Shown piece by piece: positions 8,894 to 18,185 of a DNA stretch of 64,000 bases. The DNA comes from an uncultured Actinomycetes bacterium (lineage in GTDB: Bacteria > Actinomycetota > Acidimicrobiia > Acidimicrobiales > CADCTF01), in NCBI GenBank assembly GCA_963750255.1, contig CAVVPZ010000009.1, forward strand, positions 48,038-112,037. Direction: 5' to 3'. How positions within the stretch are numbered: the stretch's first letter is position 1; every line of letters begins with the position of its first letter. Position numbers and translations under genes: made by a program. A model generated the notes under the pieces. That model was not told the DNA's origin and made no database searches. It worked only from the letters and a program-made list of their open reading frames with translations.

Positions 8894-11558
8894 TCAGTCG
8901 TCGATGCGGGCGGTGGCGATGCCTCCGGCTCGCAGCGGGAACTGTCCTTCGAAGGGCTCGAGCGGGCGGCCCCGGAGGTCGACGAGCCATCCCCGTCGAC
9001 CGGCCACCCGCACGGTGGCTGTCTCGGTCGTGGGGTTGAACACCCGCAACTCGAGTCCCCCCGGGGCCCGCCGAAGCGCGGACACCTCGGCCCCGGAGAC
9101 CTCGAGCTCCTGGCCGCGGTCGGCGCGGGTGCCGCCGCCGGCCGCCGGCGTCACGGCCAGCGGCAGGAATGCTTGATCGACGAGCGCGTACGGATCACCG
9201 TCGCCCACGTGGATGCCGTAGCGGACCTCGATTCGTTCCTGGAGCTGGGGGCCCTCGAGGGGGTTGACCGGACCGGCAGGTTCGGGCCGGCTCGGCATCG
9301 GGCCTCGCGACAGCCAACCGTTGGCCCGCAGCAGGGTGAGCGCGAGCGCTCGGCCGCCGTCGACGAGCTCGTATTCGAGCAAGCCCTCGTGGACGATCGT
9401 GGCGCCGCCGGCGCTGACGAATCGCCGCGACGGATACGTGGCCAGCGCTGGCTCACTCGGTCCACCCTCGGCGACGAGGCCGCGTTCGACGATCGCGAAC
9501 GCGCACTCGGCTCGGCTCACATTGGCTCGGGCGGGCAGGGGGAACCAAGCCCGGAGGCGGTGGTCGCGGCAACGGTTGTCGAAGGTGCTTGTCACTCGCA
9601 CGAGCGACTCGCCGGCGTGGAGCTCGAGCCGGGTCGAGACGACGGTCGACACCTCGCCGACGCGGGTGCCGGTGGCGTCATCGAGGCGTTCCGGCCAGCG
9701 ATACGTCGCCGCGATCTCGACGATGCCCCGGACCGGTCCGCCCTCGACGACCCTGACCTCGACCGCCTCGGGTCGATCGACGACCGTGTCCTGGACGGGC
9801 GGGCAGTAGTTGTAGGTGTCACCGGCTTCGCCGTCGTCGACGAGCCGCCCGAGGCCGGCGACGCCGTTGAGTGTGAAGGTGCCCGTCTCTGGGTCGACGA
9901 TCACGTCGGCCAGACCGTTGGCGAGCCCGAGTCCGCCGTCGGCGACGGTGACGGCGTGGTCGGTGTCGACGAGGTCGGCCGACCACCGCTGCCATCCGTA
10001 TCCGGGCACGTCGCCGACTCGAGCGAGGTACCGCTGCATCGGGGGGCGGATCATGCGGAGGCGGAACCACTCGCGCCCGCCCTCTCCGAGTCGGGCATAC
10101 AACTCGCGGCGGGTCTCCTCGATGGTGCTGCCAGCCTTGGGCGTGGTGTCGAGCGTGACCACGATCTCGTCGTCGTCTCCGTCGACCCCGTCCGCGATCT
10201 CGAGCGCGGTGACGAAGAAGTTGTCGCTCAGTCGCTGGCCCCGGATCTGTCCCAGGAACGATGCGACGTCTGAGGGCCGCATTCGCCGCGCCTCGGTCGA
10301 CCCGCCTGGCCGGGCCCGGAGAACCTGGGTGCCGGGGACGGGAGTGTCGTCGTCGACGACGATCTCGACGAGCCCGCCCCGGTTGCGCGCGATCGGGTTG
10401 AGGACGACGGGGCCCGATCCGGCCATGGAGCTGCCCAGTGCCTTGACCGCCCGGTCGGTGAGGCCCTCGGCGATCTGGCGGGCCTCGGCGTAGCGGTGGT
10501 TGACGGCGGCGACGACCTCGTCGTGCGAGCACGCGCAGATCGAGTCGTGCGCCGCGTTGCGGACTACCTCGGTCCAGGCGAGTTCGAGGAGTCGACCAGG
10601 CCACGCTTCGGCAGGGAGGAAGAGCGCGCAGAGGGGCTCGGCGACCTGTTCGAGCCACCGCTCTGCCCGCGGCCGCGAGTTGCTTGGTGTCCACTCGGTT
10701 CGACGCAACCCCCATCAGCAAGTTGGCCCGCGCCCCCGACCGCATCTCGCCGGTCCACGAGGAGAGCCCCTCGGTGGCGGCGGCAGGACCATCGAGGTAT
10801 TCGGCCAACGACGTGACCTCGAAGCGGTAGTCGATCCTGGATCTGGTTGGCCTCAGCGACGACCCGTCCAAGCCAGGGCTGGGGCACCTGGTGGTCGGTC
10901 CCGTTCATGAACAGGATCCACCGACGAGCAGGTCGCCGAGCTCGCGTTCGTGAGCCTCGACCCGCCGCACGAGGGCCTTGGCGTCATCGGGTATGGCGGC
11001 ACCGTTGCCGTAGCCGCCGCGAGCAGGTACTGGGCCCGGATCGGTGGTGCCGTCGGGGCGGTCCACCAGAAGGCGGTGCGGTCGACTGCCTCGGGCACGC
11101 CCCGCCAGACGACGGCGTGCCCGAACCCGAACTGTTGGAGGATCTGGGGCATCTGGGCGACGTGACCGAACATGTCGGGCAGGTAGCCGACGTTCATGGC
11201 GCCGCCGAAGCGCGGCGCCTTGGCCATGCCGAGTTGAAGGTTGCGGATGTGGGTCTCGCCCGAGACCAGGAACTCGTCGGGCAGCGTGTACCAAGGCCCC
11301 ATGGCCACTCGGCCCGCTGGCCGCGAGGCGCTGGAGAACGGGCTCGGCCTCGGGCCGCACCTCGAGGTAGTCGTCGACGACGGCCATCTGCCCGTCGAGC
11401 AGGAAGCGGGCGTAGGACAGGTCGTCCTCGAGCGCTGGCAGGAACTCGTCGAGCAGGTCGACGAGCCGGAGTCGAAACGTCTGGAACGTCGCGTACCACT
11501 CGCGATCCCAGTGCGTGTGGGGGACGATGGCGACGGTGAGCGGTTCCCGTTCGGTCAT
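8894..11558 (-). CDS. GH38 alpha-mannosidase, broken by several apparent frameshifts
   Basis: [46 protein letters not shown] and GDTYNY are spread over different frames; indels at about 10.68-11.32 kb. Confidence 0.9.
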
Positions 11559-11576
11559 GCCCGACGATACCCCCCC

Positions 11577-11626
11577 CGTTTTGGGCACCGTCAGAGCGCG
11601 ATCGCGCTCTGACGGTGCCCAAAACG
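11577..11626. repeat. Family A 50-bp palindrome, copy 1 (perfect)
   Basis: cgttttgggcaccgtcagagcgcga|tcgcgctctgacggtgcccaaaacg, between the divergent GH38 and selD genes. Confidence 0.95.
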
Positions 11627-11651
11627 CTGGGGGGTGGGACAGACTCGTCCG

Positions 11652-12666
11652 GTGACCGACGAAATCGTGCGCCTGACGGAGTGGACGAGTTGTGGCGGAT
11701 GTGCGGCCAAGTGGGGGGCGGCGCCGCTGGCGGCGCTGGTCGCGCGACCTGGTCGGCTCGGCCGACCCCGCGCTTGCTGGTCGGGCTCGCGCCCTTCGAC
11801 GACGCCGCCGTCTACCGGCTCAGTGACGACCTGGCCATGGTGTCGACGACCGACTTCTTCCCTCCGTTGGTCGACGACCCCGGCGACTTCGGCGCCATCG
11901 CCGCCGCCAACGCCTGCAGCGATGTCTTCGCCATGGGTGGCGCGCGTCGTGCTGGCCCTCAACATCTCGGCCTTTCCCGAACGCCTCCCATCGCCGCCGT
12001 CGAGGCCATCTTGTCCGCCGCCGCCGCCGTGGTGGTCGACGCCGGTGGGGCCATAGCCGGCGGGCACACCATCCGTTCGCGAGGAGCCGATCTTCGGCCT
12101 CGCCGTCCAGGGGCTGGTGCACCCCGACAAGGTGTGGACCAAGGCCGGGGCCCGACCCGGCGATGTGCTCGTGTTGTCGAAGCCGCTCGGGACCGGCATC
12201 GTGCTCGCCGGGGGCAGTGACGACGAAAAGGCATCGGCTACGGCGAGGATGCGAACGCTCAACCGAGCTGCGGCCGAATCCCTGGCGTCGCTACCAGGCG
12301 GACGAGGCGCCACACGCGGTGACCGACGTGACCGGGTTCGGGTTGCTCGGCCACGGGTGGGAGATGGCCGAGCGCTGTGGCGTCGTGTTGCGATTCGCGG
12401 CCGCCGACCTACCGCTGCACGCCGGCGCACTCGCAGGCCGCCGAGGCGGGTACCCGCACTGGCGGCGACCCCCGCAACCGGGCCGACCTCGAGGCCCACG
12501 TCCGTTCGTCGGCGCCGTCGGCTCTCGAGGCGATTGCGTATGACCCACAGACCTCCGGAGGACTGTTGGCATCGGTCTCCGAAGCAGCGGCCGCACACCT
12601 CGAGGCCGAGGGCTTCGTCGTGGTCGGCTCGTGGTCGACGGCGGCGCCTCGGTCGAATTGGGCTGA
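11652..12666 (+). CDS. selD: Selenide, water dikinase (Cys form), frameshifted in this assembly
   Basis: [62 protein letters not shown] and DPQTSGGLL across several frames. Confidence 0.9.
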
Positions 12667-12672
12667 GCCGGT

Positions 12673-13427
12673 ATGGTCGGACCCATCCCGCCGACTCCCA
12701 TCCCGCCCGCCCCGCCCGCCCTCCGAATGCGGCGCAAACCGACGAAGAAGCACGCGCCGTCGCTGCGACTCGAGCAGGAGTTGTGGGCGTCGGGCCACGA
12801 CGTCGTCGTCGGCATCGACGAGGTCGGCCGCGGAGCGTGGGCCGGTCCACTCACCGTCGGAGCGGCCGTGCTGCCCCAAGACCGGCGGGTATACAAAGTC
12901 CGCGACTCGAAGATGCTGACCGAGATCGAGCGGGAGGCGATGTTCGACCGGGTGGCGGGCTGGTGCCAGGCGTGGGCCGTCGGTCACGCCTCCCAGCAGG
13001 AGTGCGACGACCTCGGAATGGCGGCGGCGCAGAAGCTGGCTGCGGCCCGGGCCATCGACGGCCTCGGCGTCGGTGAGCCCGACAAGGTGTTGGTCGACGG
13101 CAACTGGGACTTCGTCGGCCGGGGCACGACGCAGCGGGTCATCAAGGGCGACGCCACGTGCCTGACCATCGCGGCGGCGTCGATCCTGGCCAAGGTGACC
13201 CGCGACCGGATCATGCGCGAAGAGGCCGAGCACTTTCCCGGCTGTCGAGTTCGAGCTCAACAAGGGCTACCCGTGCCCTCGGCACAAGGCCGCGCTGCAG
13301 GCCTATGGGCCGAGCGCCGATCCACCGCCGCAGTTGGGTGTTCATGGACCACCTCGTGTGGGGGCCGCCTCGAATTCGGCGCGTCGACCCCGATCAACTC
13401 GACCTCTTTACCGACGAAGGTCCGTGA
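12673..13427 (+). CDS. rnhB: Ribonuclease HII, frameshifted near 13245 and 13312
   Basis: GIDEVGRGAWAGPL, DSK, VDGN, KGD, AAASILAKVTRD, NKGY, IHRRSW. Start may be 12727. Confidence 0.93.
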
Positions 13428-13446
13428 CGCCCCTACATTCGCTGAC

Positions 13447-13674
13447 GTGACCCGTTCGCAACGACTCGTGCTTCGTGCCTTTGCCCTCTGGACGGTCTAC
13501 GTCTGGGGCACCCGGATCTGGAACATCATCGGTGATGACACCCAGTCGGCGGCGTTCAAGGCCGTGCACTCGGTGCTGGCCGTGATCTCGGTTGCGTTCG
13601 CGGTGGCGACCTGGGTCATCGTTTCGAACGTGCAGCGGAAGGCACGAGGACGCCAGCCAGCTTCGATCTCCTAG
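13447..13674 (+). CDS. Small two-TM membrane protein (SCO4848-like)
   Basis: FALWTVYVWGTRIWNI...FKAVHSVLAVIS; -10-like TACATT 7 nt before GTG. The ORF track fuses it to rnhB because of the indels. Confidence 0.8.
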   Translation: MTRSQRLVLRAFALWTVYVWGTRIWNIIGDDTQSAAFKAVHSVLAVISVAFAVATWVIVSNVQRKARGRQPASIS

Positions 13675-13751
13675 GCACGATCTCGAGCGCCGGGTTCTCC
13701 TCCGGAGACCGCTTCGTCGTCGGGTGGTGGGAGCGCACGCCGATCGGTCCG

Positions 13752-14291
13752 ATGATCGACGTCATGTGGGCCCGCCCCGATGGTGAGCGGATCCTTCTCG
13801 TCGACCGTGCCGCGGCGGCCGAGTTCATCACGTCGGTGTACCGGTTCGACCGGGTAGAGGTCGTGGCCCTCACCGGGCGCGCCGACCGCCGCTCGCTGGT
13901 GCTCCTGGCCGGGGACGTGTCGACGGGGAACGTCTCGCTCGAGCTGCGCTCCGGACGAGGCTGGCGTCTGCCCTTCGCCGTGCTCCGCACCCCGGGCGTG
14001 ACCCGCTGGGTCGAGGGTCCGATCGCCAGGCTGGCGATGGGGGTGCGCACCTACGGGGTCAGCCCCACCGGAGTGCGGGAGTGGTATCGCGCCGACGAAT
14101 ACCGCCCCGTGGTGACGGGCTCGGCGTCGGTGGGCGGCGCGGACTTGGGGCCGCTCTCTGACTTCGATCGCCCGGGCCGGTTCGGCTTCAGCGAACCGCC
14201 TCGCCGGCCGTCGATCGTCGTCGTGCGTCCCCGGCTCGTTGACCCGACCGGGCGCCTGGACCGCCTTTTCGAGCGGATGGGTCCGGGGTAG
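13752..14291 (+). CDS. Hypothetical protein (true start may be upstream)
   Basis: DVMWARPDGERILL...GVRTYG...REWYRA...FGFSEPP; protein-like reading continues in frame upstream of the ATG. Confidence 0.75.
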   Translation: MIDVMWARPDGERILLVDRAAAAEFITSVYRFDRVEVVALTGRADRRSLVLLAGDVSTGNVSLELRSGRGWRLPFAVLRTPGVTRWVEGPIARLAMGVRTYGVSPTGVREWYRADEYRPVVTGSASVGGADLGPLSDFDRPGRFGFSEPPRRPSIVVVRPRLVDPTGRLDRLFERMGPG

Positions 14292-14301
14292 GTTCGGGCC
14301 C

Positions 14302-15081
14302 ATGTCGACGGCAACGACTGACTGCTTTGCGTGCGGAACGACGGTCGAGGGCGACTCCATCGAGCAATTCGAAGAGGCGTTCCTCGTTCACATTCGGGCC
14401 GAGCACCCTGACCTTCCCTATCCCGACAACGCGGTGCGCAACTTCGCTGCCGCCACGCAACGTCTGGTCGAGGCCGCCGACCGGGTGGCCGAGGACTTCG
14501 CCGTCGAGATCCATCCCGTCGACGAGTCTCGTCTCGACGACTGGCTCGAGTTCTTCGACCACCGAGGGTTCGCCGGCAACCCCGCCTGGGCCAGTTGCTA
14601 TTGCCTCGAGCCGATGCTCGAACCCGCTTCGGACGACGACGACGATCCGCGCTGGTACGAGCGACGGCAGGCCATGATGACCATGCTGGGCTCGGGCGCC
14701 GCGTTCGGCTACCTCGCCTACGCCGACGGCGAGGTCGCCGGTTGGGTCAATGCGTCGCTCCGTTCCGATGCCGGCCTCTACCGTCAGGGCGAGGGCGCCG
14801 ACCCGCCTGATGCCGCGGTCGCAGTCGTCTCGTGTTTCGTCATCGCCCCGCCCTACCGCCGGCACGGCTTGGCCGCCCGCCTGCTCGATCGGGTCATCGC
14901 CGACGCTCCCGGGCGGGGCGCGGGCTTCGTCGAGGCGTACCCGTTCAAGCCCCGGGAGGACGATCACACGGTCTCGGCCGACGCCGGCGAGTTCCGTGGC
15001 CCTCGCCACCTCTTCGACGAGCGCGGATTTGTCGTCGTCGGCGAACGCGATCGCGACGTCGTCGTGCGCCTTTCCGTCTGA
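14302..15081 (+). CDS. GNAT acetyltransferase with N-terminal CxxC/His domain
   Basis: WASCYC, VSCFVIAPPYRRHGLA, VEAYP; N-terminal CFACG...H...EHP. Confidence 0.88.
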   Translation: MSTATTDCFACGTTVEGDSIEQFEEAFLVHIRAEHPDLPYPDNAVRNFAAATQRLVEAADRVAEDFAVEIHPVDESRLDDWLEFFDHRGFAGNPAWASCYCLEPMLEPASDDDDDPRWYERRQAMMTMLGSGAAFGYLAYADGEVAGWVNASLRSDAGLYRQGEGADPPDAAVAVVSCFVIAPPYRRHGLAARLLDRVIADAPGRGAGFVEAYPFKPREDDHTVSADAGEFRGPRHLFDERGFVVVGERDRDVVVRLSV

Positions 15082-15106
15082 CGCTCGACCGGCGTACCGT
15101 TGCCGG

Positions 15107-15577
15107 ATGGCCGGCGAATCGATCGAACGCACACGGGTGCTGTCGGCGCTACCCGCCGAGGTGTGGGCCGTGCTGGGCGACGTGCGTCGTATGGCCGAAT
15201 GGTCGGAGGAACTCGACGGGGTCGACCTTCTGACGGGCGACGGACGATCGATCGGTAGTCGCTTCCGGGGCAACAACCGCGATCAGACCCGCACCTGGGC
15301 GATGACCTGCGTGGTCGACCGGTACGACGAGGGTCAGGCGCTCGAGTTCCACACCGAGGACGCCAAGGGGCAGACCCGCACTCGGTGGTGGTATCGGTGC
15401 GTGCGCGACGGATCGGGCACGGCCGTGACCGAAGGATTCGAGCGAGTAGCCAAGCTGTCGCGGCTCCGAGCCTTCGCAGAGAAGAAGGTGGTCGGCGATC
15501 GGACCGAGCACAACGCCCGCAACATCGACGAGAGCCTTCGGCGCCTCGCAGAGGTGGTTCAGGCGAGGGAGAAGTAG
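15107..15577 (+). CDS. SRPBCC/polyketide cyclase family protein
   Basis: PAEVWAVLGDVRRMAEWS, GSRFRGNN, WWY, GTAVTE, C-terminal SLRRLAE helix. Confidence 0.88.
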   Translation: MAGESIERTRVLSALPAEVWAVLGDVRRMAEWSEELDGVDLLTGDGRSIGSRFRGNNRDQTRTWAMTCVVDRYDEGQALEFHTEDAKGQTRTRWWYRCVRDGSGTAVTEGFERVAKLSRLRAFAEKKVVGDRTEHNARNIDESLRRLAEVVQAREK

Positions 15578-16023
15578 ACCTCGGTCTCGACGGCGGCGGG
15601 GTCGTCGTGCCAGTCGCCGTAGATCTCCCACGAGCGGCGACCGGTGGCGACCCCCTCGGCCGCGCACCAGGACGCGAGAGCGCTGTAGCTCTCGCCCAGG
15701 CGGTCGTAGGGGCCATGGTGAACGATGCGGGCGACCTCACATCCGGCCACGGTCACGCAGCGGATGTCGTCGGGCGCGGCGTCGTCGTCGAAGGGGCGGT
15801 CGACCTGCACGCCGATCCAGACATCGGCGCCTGCTTCGCTGTGAGGGTCACCGTCGTAGATGACCACGTTGTGGCCGGTGCCGCGGTCGGAAGCACGGAG
15901 GTACGGCCACACCTTGTCGAGGCTGGACCGAATGGCGTCGGCGAGCTGCCCCCGGCTGACGTGCACGGCGATGGCGGCGATCGGAAACGCGGCTGCGTCC
16001 GTGATTTCAGGTCCGTCTCCCAC
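15559..16023 (-). CDS. GyrI-like effector-binding domain protein
   Basis: VARIVHHGPYDRL, SWEIYGDW...TEVYF. Confidence 0.88.
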   Translation of the reverse strand: MGDGPEITDAAAFPIAAIAVHVSRGQLADAIRSSLDKVWPYLRASDRGTGHNVVIYDGDPHSEAGADVWIGVQVDRPFDDDAAPDDIRCVTVAGCEVARIVHHGPYDRLGESYSALASWCAAEGVATGRRSWEIYGDWHDDPAAVETEVYFSLA

Positions 16024-16142
16024 GAGCGGGGAGTCTGCACCTCGGGCGCGCGGCGGTCAACCGGGTCGTCGCGGTGGCCGATGCGGTCGTCCAACGTCGT
16101 TGTTGCGGCTTTGGCGGCGGCCGGAACGGCCACCGCAACGCA

Positions 16143-16964
16143 TCAGCCGAGGGTGACGTCGAGGGCGAGGGTGAGGCAGCGGCACGCGCCGCCAGCCTTT
16201 TGGAACTCGCTGACGTCGACGACGACGACGTCGAATCCCCACGATTCCAGCTGCCGGCCGACTGGCGGTGGGCACGACGGCATGACGACGGTGGTGCCCA
16301 CCACGACGGAGTTGGCCACGAACGCGAGCGCGGCGTCGTCGTCGAGCACGAGCGGCTGGGGGACGAGGGCCTCCATGACCTTCAGGCCGTAACGATCCCA
16401 CCCCAGCGGAGCGACGATGGCCCGCTGGTCGTCGAGCGGGCAGAAGGTGATGTCGAGGTGGTACAGCCGGGGATCGACGAGCTCGACGGAGCGGACGGCG
16501 ACCCCGGTGAGTTCCGACAGGTAGGCGTGAGAGGCGGCGTCGGAACGCATTCGGTACCCCGACACCAGGACGGGCCCGAACGGCAGGGCGTCGCCTGCGC
16601 CTTCGTGCGATACGCCGAGTGGAAGTTCATCGACAGTGAACCCAGCCTGCTCGGCCCAAGCGATGTCATACGGCGTTTCGACCTGACGCTCGGGGTGCCG
16701 GAAACGTGACGGGACGAACTGGGTGCCGTTCACGATCCCGGCGTTGGCCGTGAAGACGAGGTCGGGCAACCCCTCCACGGGAGGTTGGATGTCGATGGTG
16801 GCGCCGGCCTCCTCGAGCGTCGCCCGCAGGATCGTCCACTGCGCCGCGGCGCGGTCACGGTCGACGGGGATCTCGGTGCTCATCCACGAGTTGATCTCGT
16901 ACAGCACGCCGAAGTGCTCGGGTGGGCACATCAGGAACCGACGTCCCCACGTCAACTCGGACAT
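16143..16964 (-). CDS. Amidinotransferase/dimethylarginine dimethylaminohydrolase family (arginine dihydrolase-like)
   Basis: LMCPP, YEINSWM, GLPDLVFTANAG, EGAGDA, YHLDITFCPL, EFQKAGGACRCLT. Confidence 0.92.
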   Translation of the reverse strand: MSELTWGRRFLMCPPEHFGVLYEINSWMSTEIPVDRDRAAAQWTILRATLEEAGATIDIQPPVEGLPDLVFTANAGIVNGTQFVPSRFRHPERQVETPYDIAWAEQAGFTVDELPLGVSHEGAGDALPFGPVLVSGYRMRSDAASHAYLSELTGVAVRSVELVDPRLYHLDITFCPLDDQRAIVAPLGWDRYGLKVMEALVPQPLVLDDDAALAFVANSVVVGTTVVMPSCPPPVGRQLESWGFDVVVVDVSEFQKAGGACRCLTLALDVTLG

Positions 16965-16971
16965 GGGGACG

Positions 16972-18183
16972 TCAGACCCCGAGTTGGTCAGCCAGCATGG
17001 CCACGAACAGGCCGACGTCGGTGACGATGCCGAGCGCTTGGTGGCTGCCGCGGTCGGCCAACTTGGTCACGACCGACTGGTTGATGTCGACACAGAAGGT
17101 CTCGACGCCCGAAGGCAACACATTGCCGGTGGCGATGGCGTGCAAGGTCGAGGCAAGCATCAGCGCCACGGTCACACCCGGTACGAGGTAGCGCATGGCG
17201 TCGGCGGCCTCGACGACATCGGTGTACACGTCGGGCAGAGGTCCGTCGTCGCGGAGCGAGCCTGCCAGCACGAAGGGCACGTCGCGCCGAATGCATTCGT
17301 ACATGACGCCACCGTCGACGTATCCCGCGTTGACTGCCGCGCTGATCGAGCCGTAACGGCGGATCTCGTTGATGACCCGGAGATGGTTCGCGTGTCCGCC
17401 CTCGGCCGGCGTGCCCTCACTGACCGACACCCCCAACGACGTGCCCATGATGTTGGACTCCATGTCGTGGGTGGCGAACCCGTTGCCGGAGAACAGCACG
17501 TCGATCCAGCCCTCGCGCACGAGGCGGGCGAGCGGTGAACTGGCGCCGGTATGCACCACGGCGGGCCCGCACACGGCGAGAACTTTGCCGCCGGCTTCAC
17601 GGGCGGAACGGATCCGATCGGCGACCCGGGCCACCAGCACCGACTTGGGCTTCTCCGACGAGGCGTCGGAGGTCATGAACTCGAAGGAGGCCGCGCCCCG
17701 GGCCCGGTCGGGGGCGGACACCCGCACGCCTTCGAAACCCACGACCACGGCGTCGCCGACGCGCACGCGATGCATGGGCACTGCACGCGCCTGACCTCGG
17801 CCGATGACGAGAGCGCAGTCCATCTCGGGTTGGGCCACCTCGAGCCAGTGACCGTTGACTCGCACACGGGTGGGTAGGTTGGTGGTCGAGTAGAAGCCGG
17901 GCGGCAGGACCCCGTCGCGATCAGCGGGCACGATCTCGGCGTCGGTCGTCGACACGGGGTTGGCTCCCTGGATCTGCAACTCGACGAGCAACCGAGCCAT
18001 GGCGTTTTCGTCGGCGGTTGTGACTTCGAGGCGGGCGTGGCTCGGATCGACGTTGGTCGTGCCGATGTCGACCTCGACCAGTCGATAGGTGGCGCCGGCG
18101 GCAAGCACGACGTCCATGACCTTGGCCAGGAGCAGCGAGTCGATGATGTGTCCCTCGAGATCGACGACCTCGGTGACAGCCAT
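16972..18183 (-). CDS. TIGR00300 / LOR-SDH family ornithine cyclodeaminase-like protein
   Basis: LEGHIIDS, DGVLPPGFYSTTN, EMDC, FEFM, GPAVVHTG, GNGFATHD, LAGSLRDDGPLPD, LHAIATGN, KLADRGS. Confidence 0.92.
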   Translation of the reverse strand: MAVTEVVDLEGHIIDSLLLAKVMDVVLAAGATYRLVEVDIGTTNVDPSHARLEVTTADENAMARLLVELQIQGANPVSTTDAEIVPADRDGVLPPGFYSTTNLPTRVRVNGHWLEVAQPEMDCALVIGRGQARAVPMHRVRVGDAVVVGFEGVRVSAPDRARGAASFEFMTSDASSEKPKSVLVARVADRIRSAREAGGKVLAVCGPAVVHTGASSPLARLVREGWIDVLFSGNGFATHDMESNIMGTSLGVSVSEGTPAEGGHANHLRVINEIRRYGSISAAVNAGYVDGGVMYECIRRDVPFVLAGSLRDDGPLPDVYTDVVEAADAMRYLVPGVTVALMLASTLHAIATGNVLPSGVETFCVDINQSVVTKLADRGSHQALGIVTDVGLFVAMLADQLGV

Positions 18184-18185
18184 GG

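Noticed and set aside
11652..11720. Selenocysteine recoding in selD
   Set aside because: The active-site codon is TGT; there is no in-frame TGA.
12673..13674. RNase HII fused to a membrane domain
   Set aside because: Artefact of indels; the membrane ORF has its own -10 and GTG, and rnhB ends at 13427.
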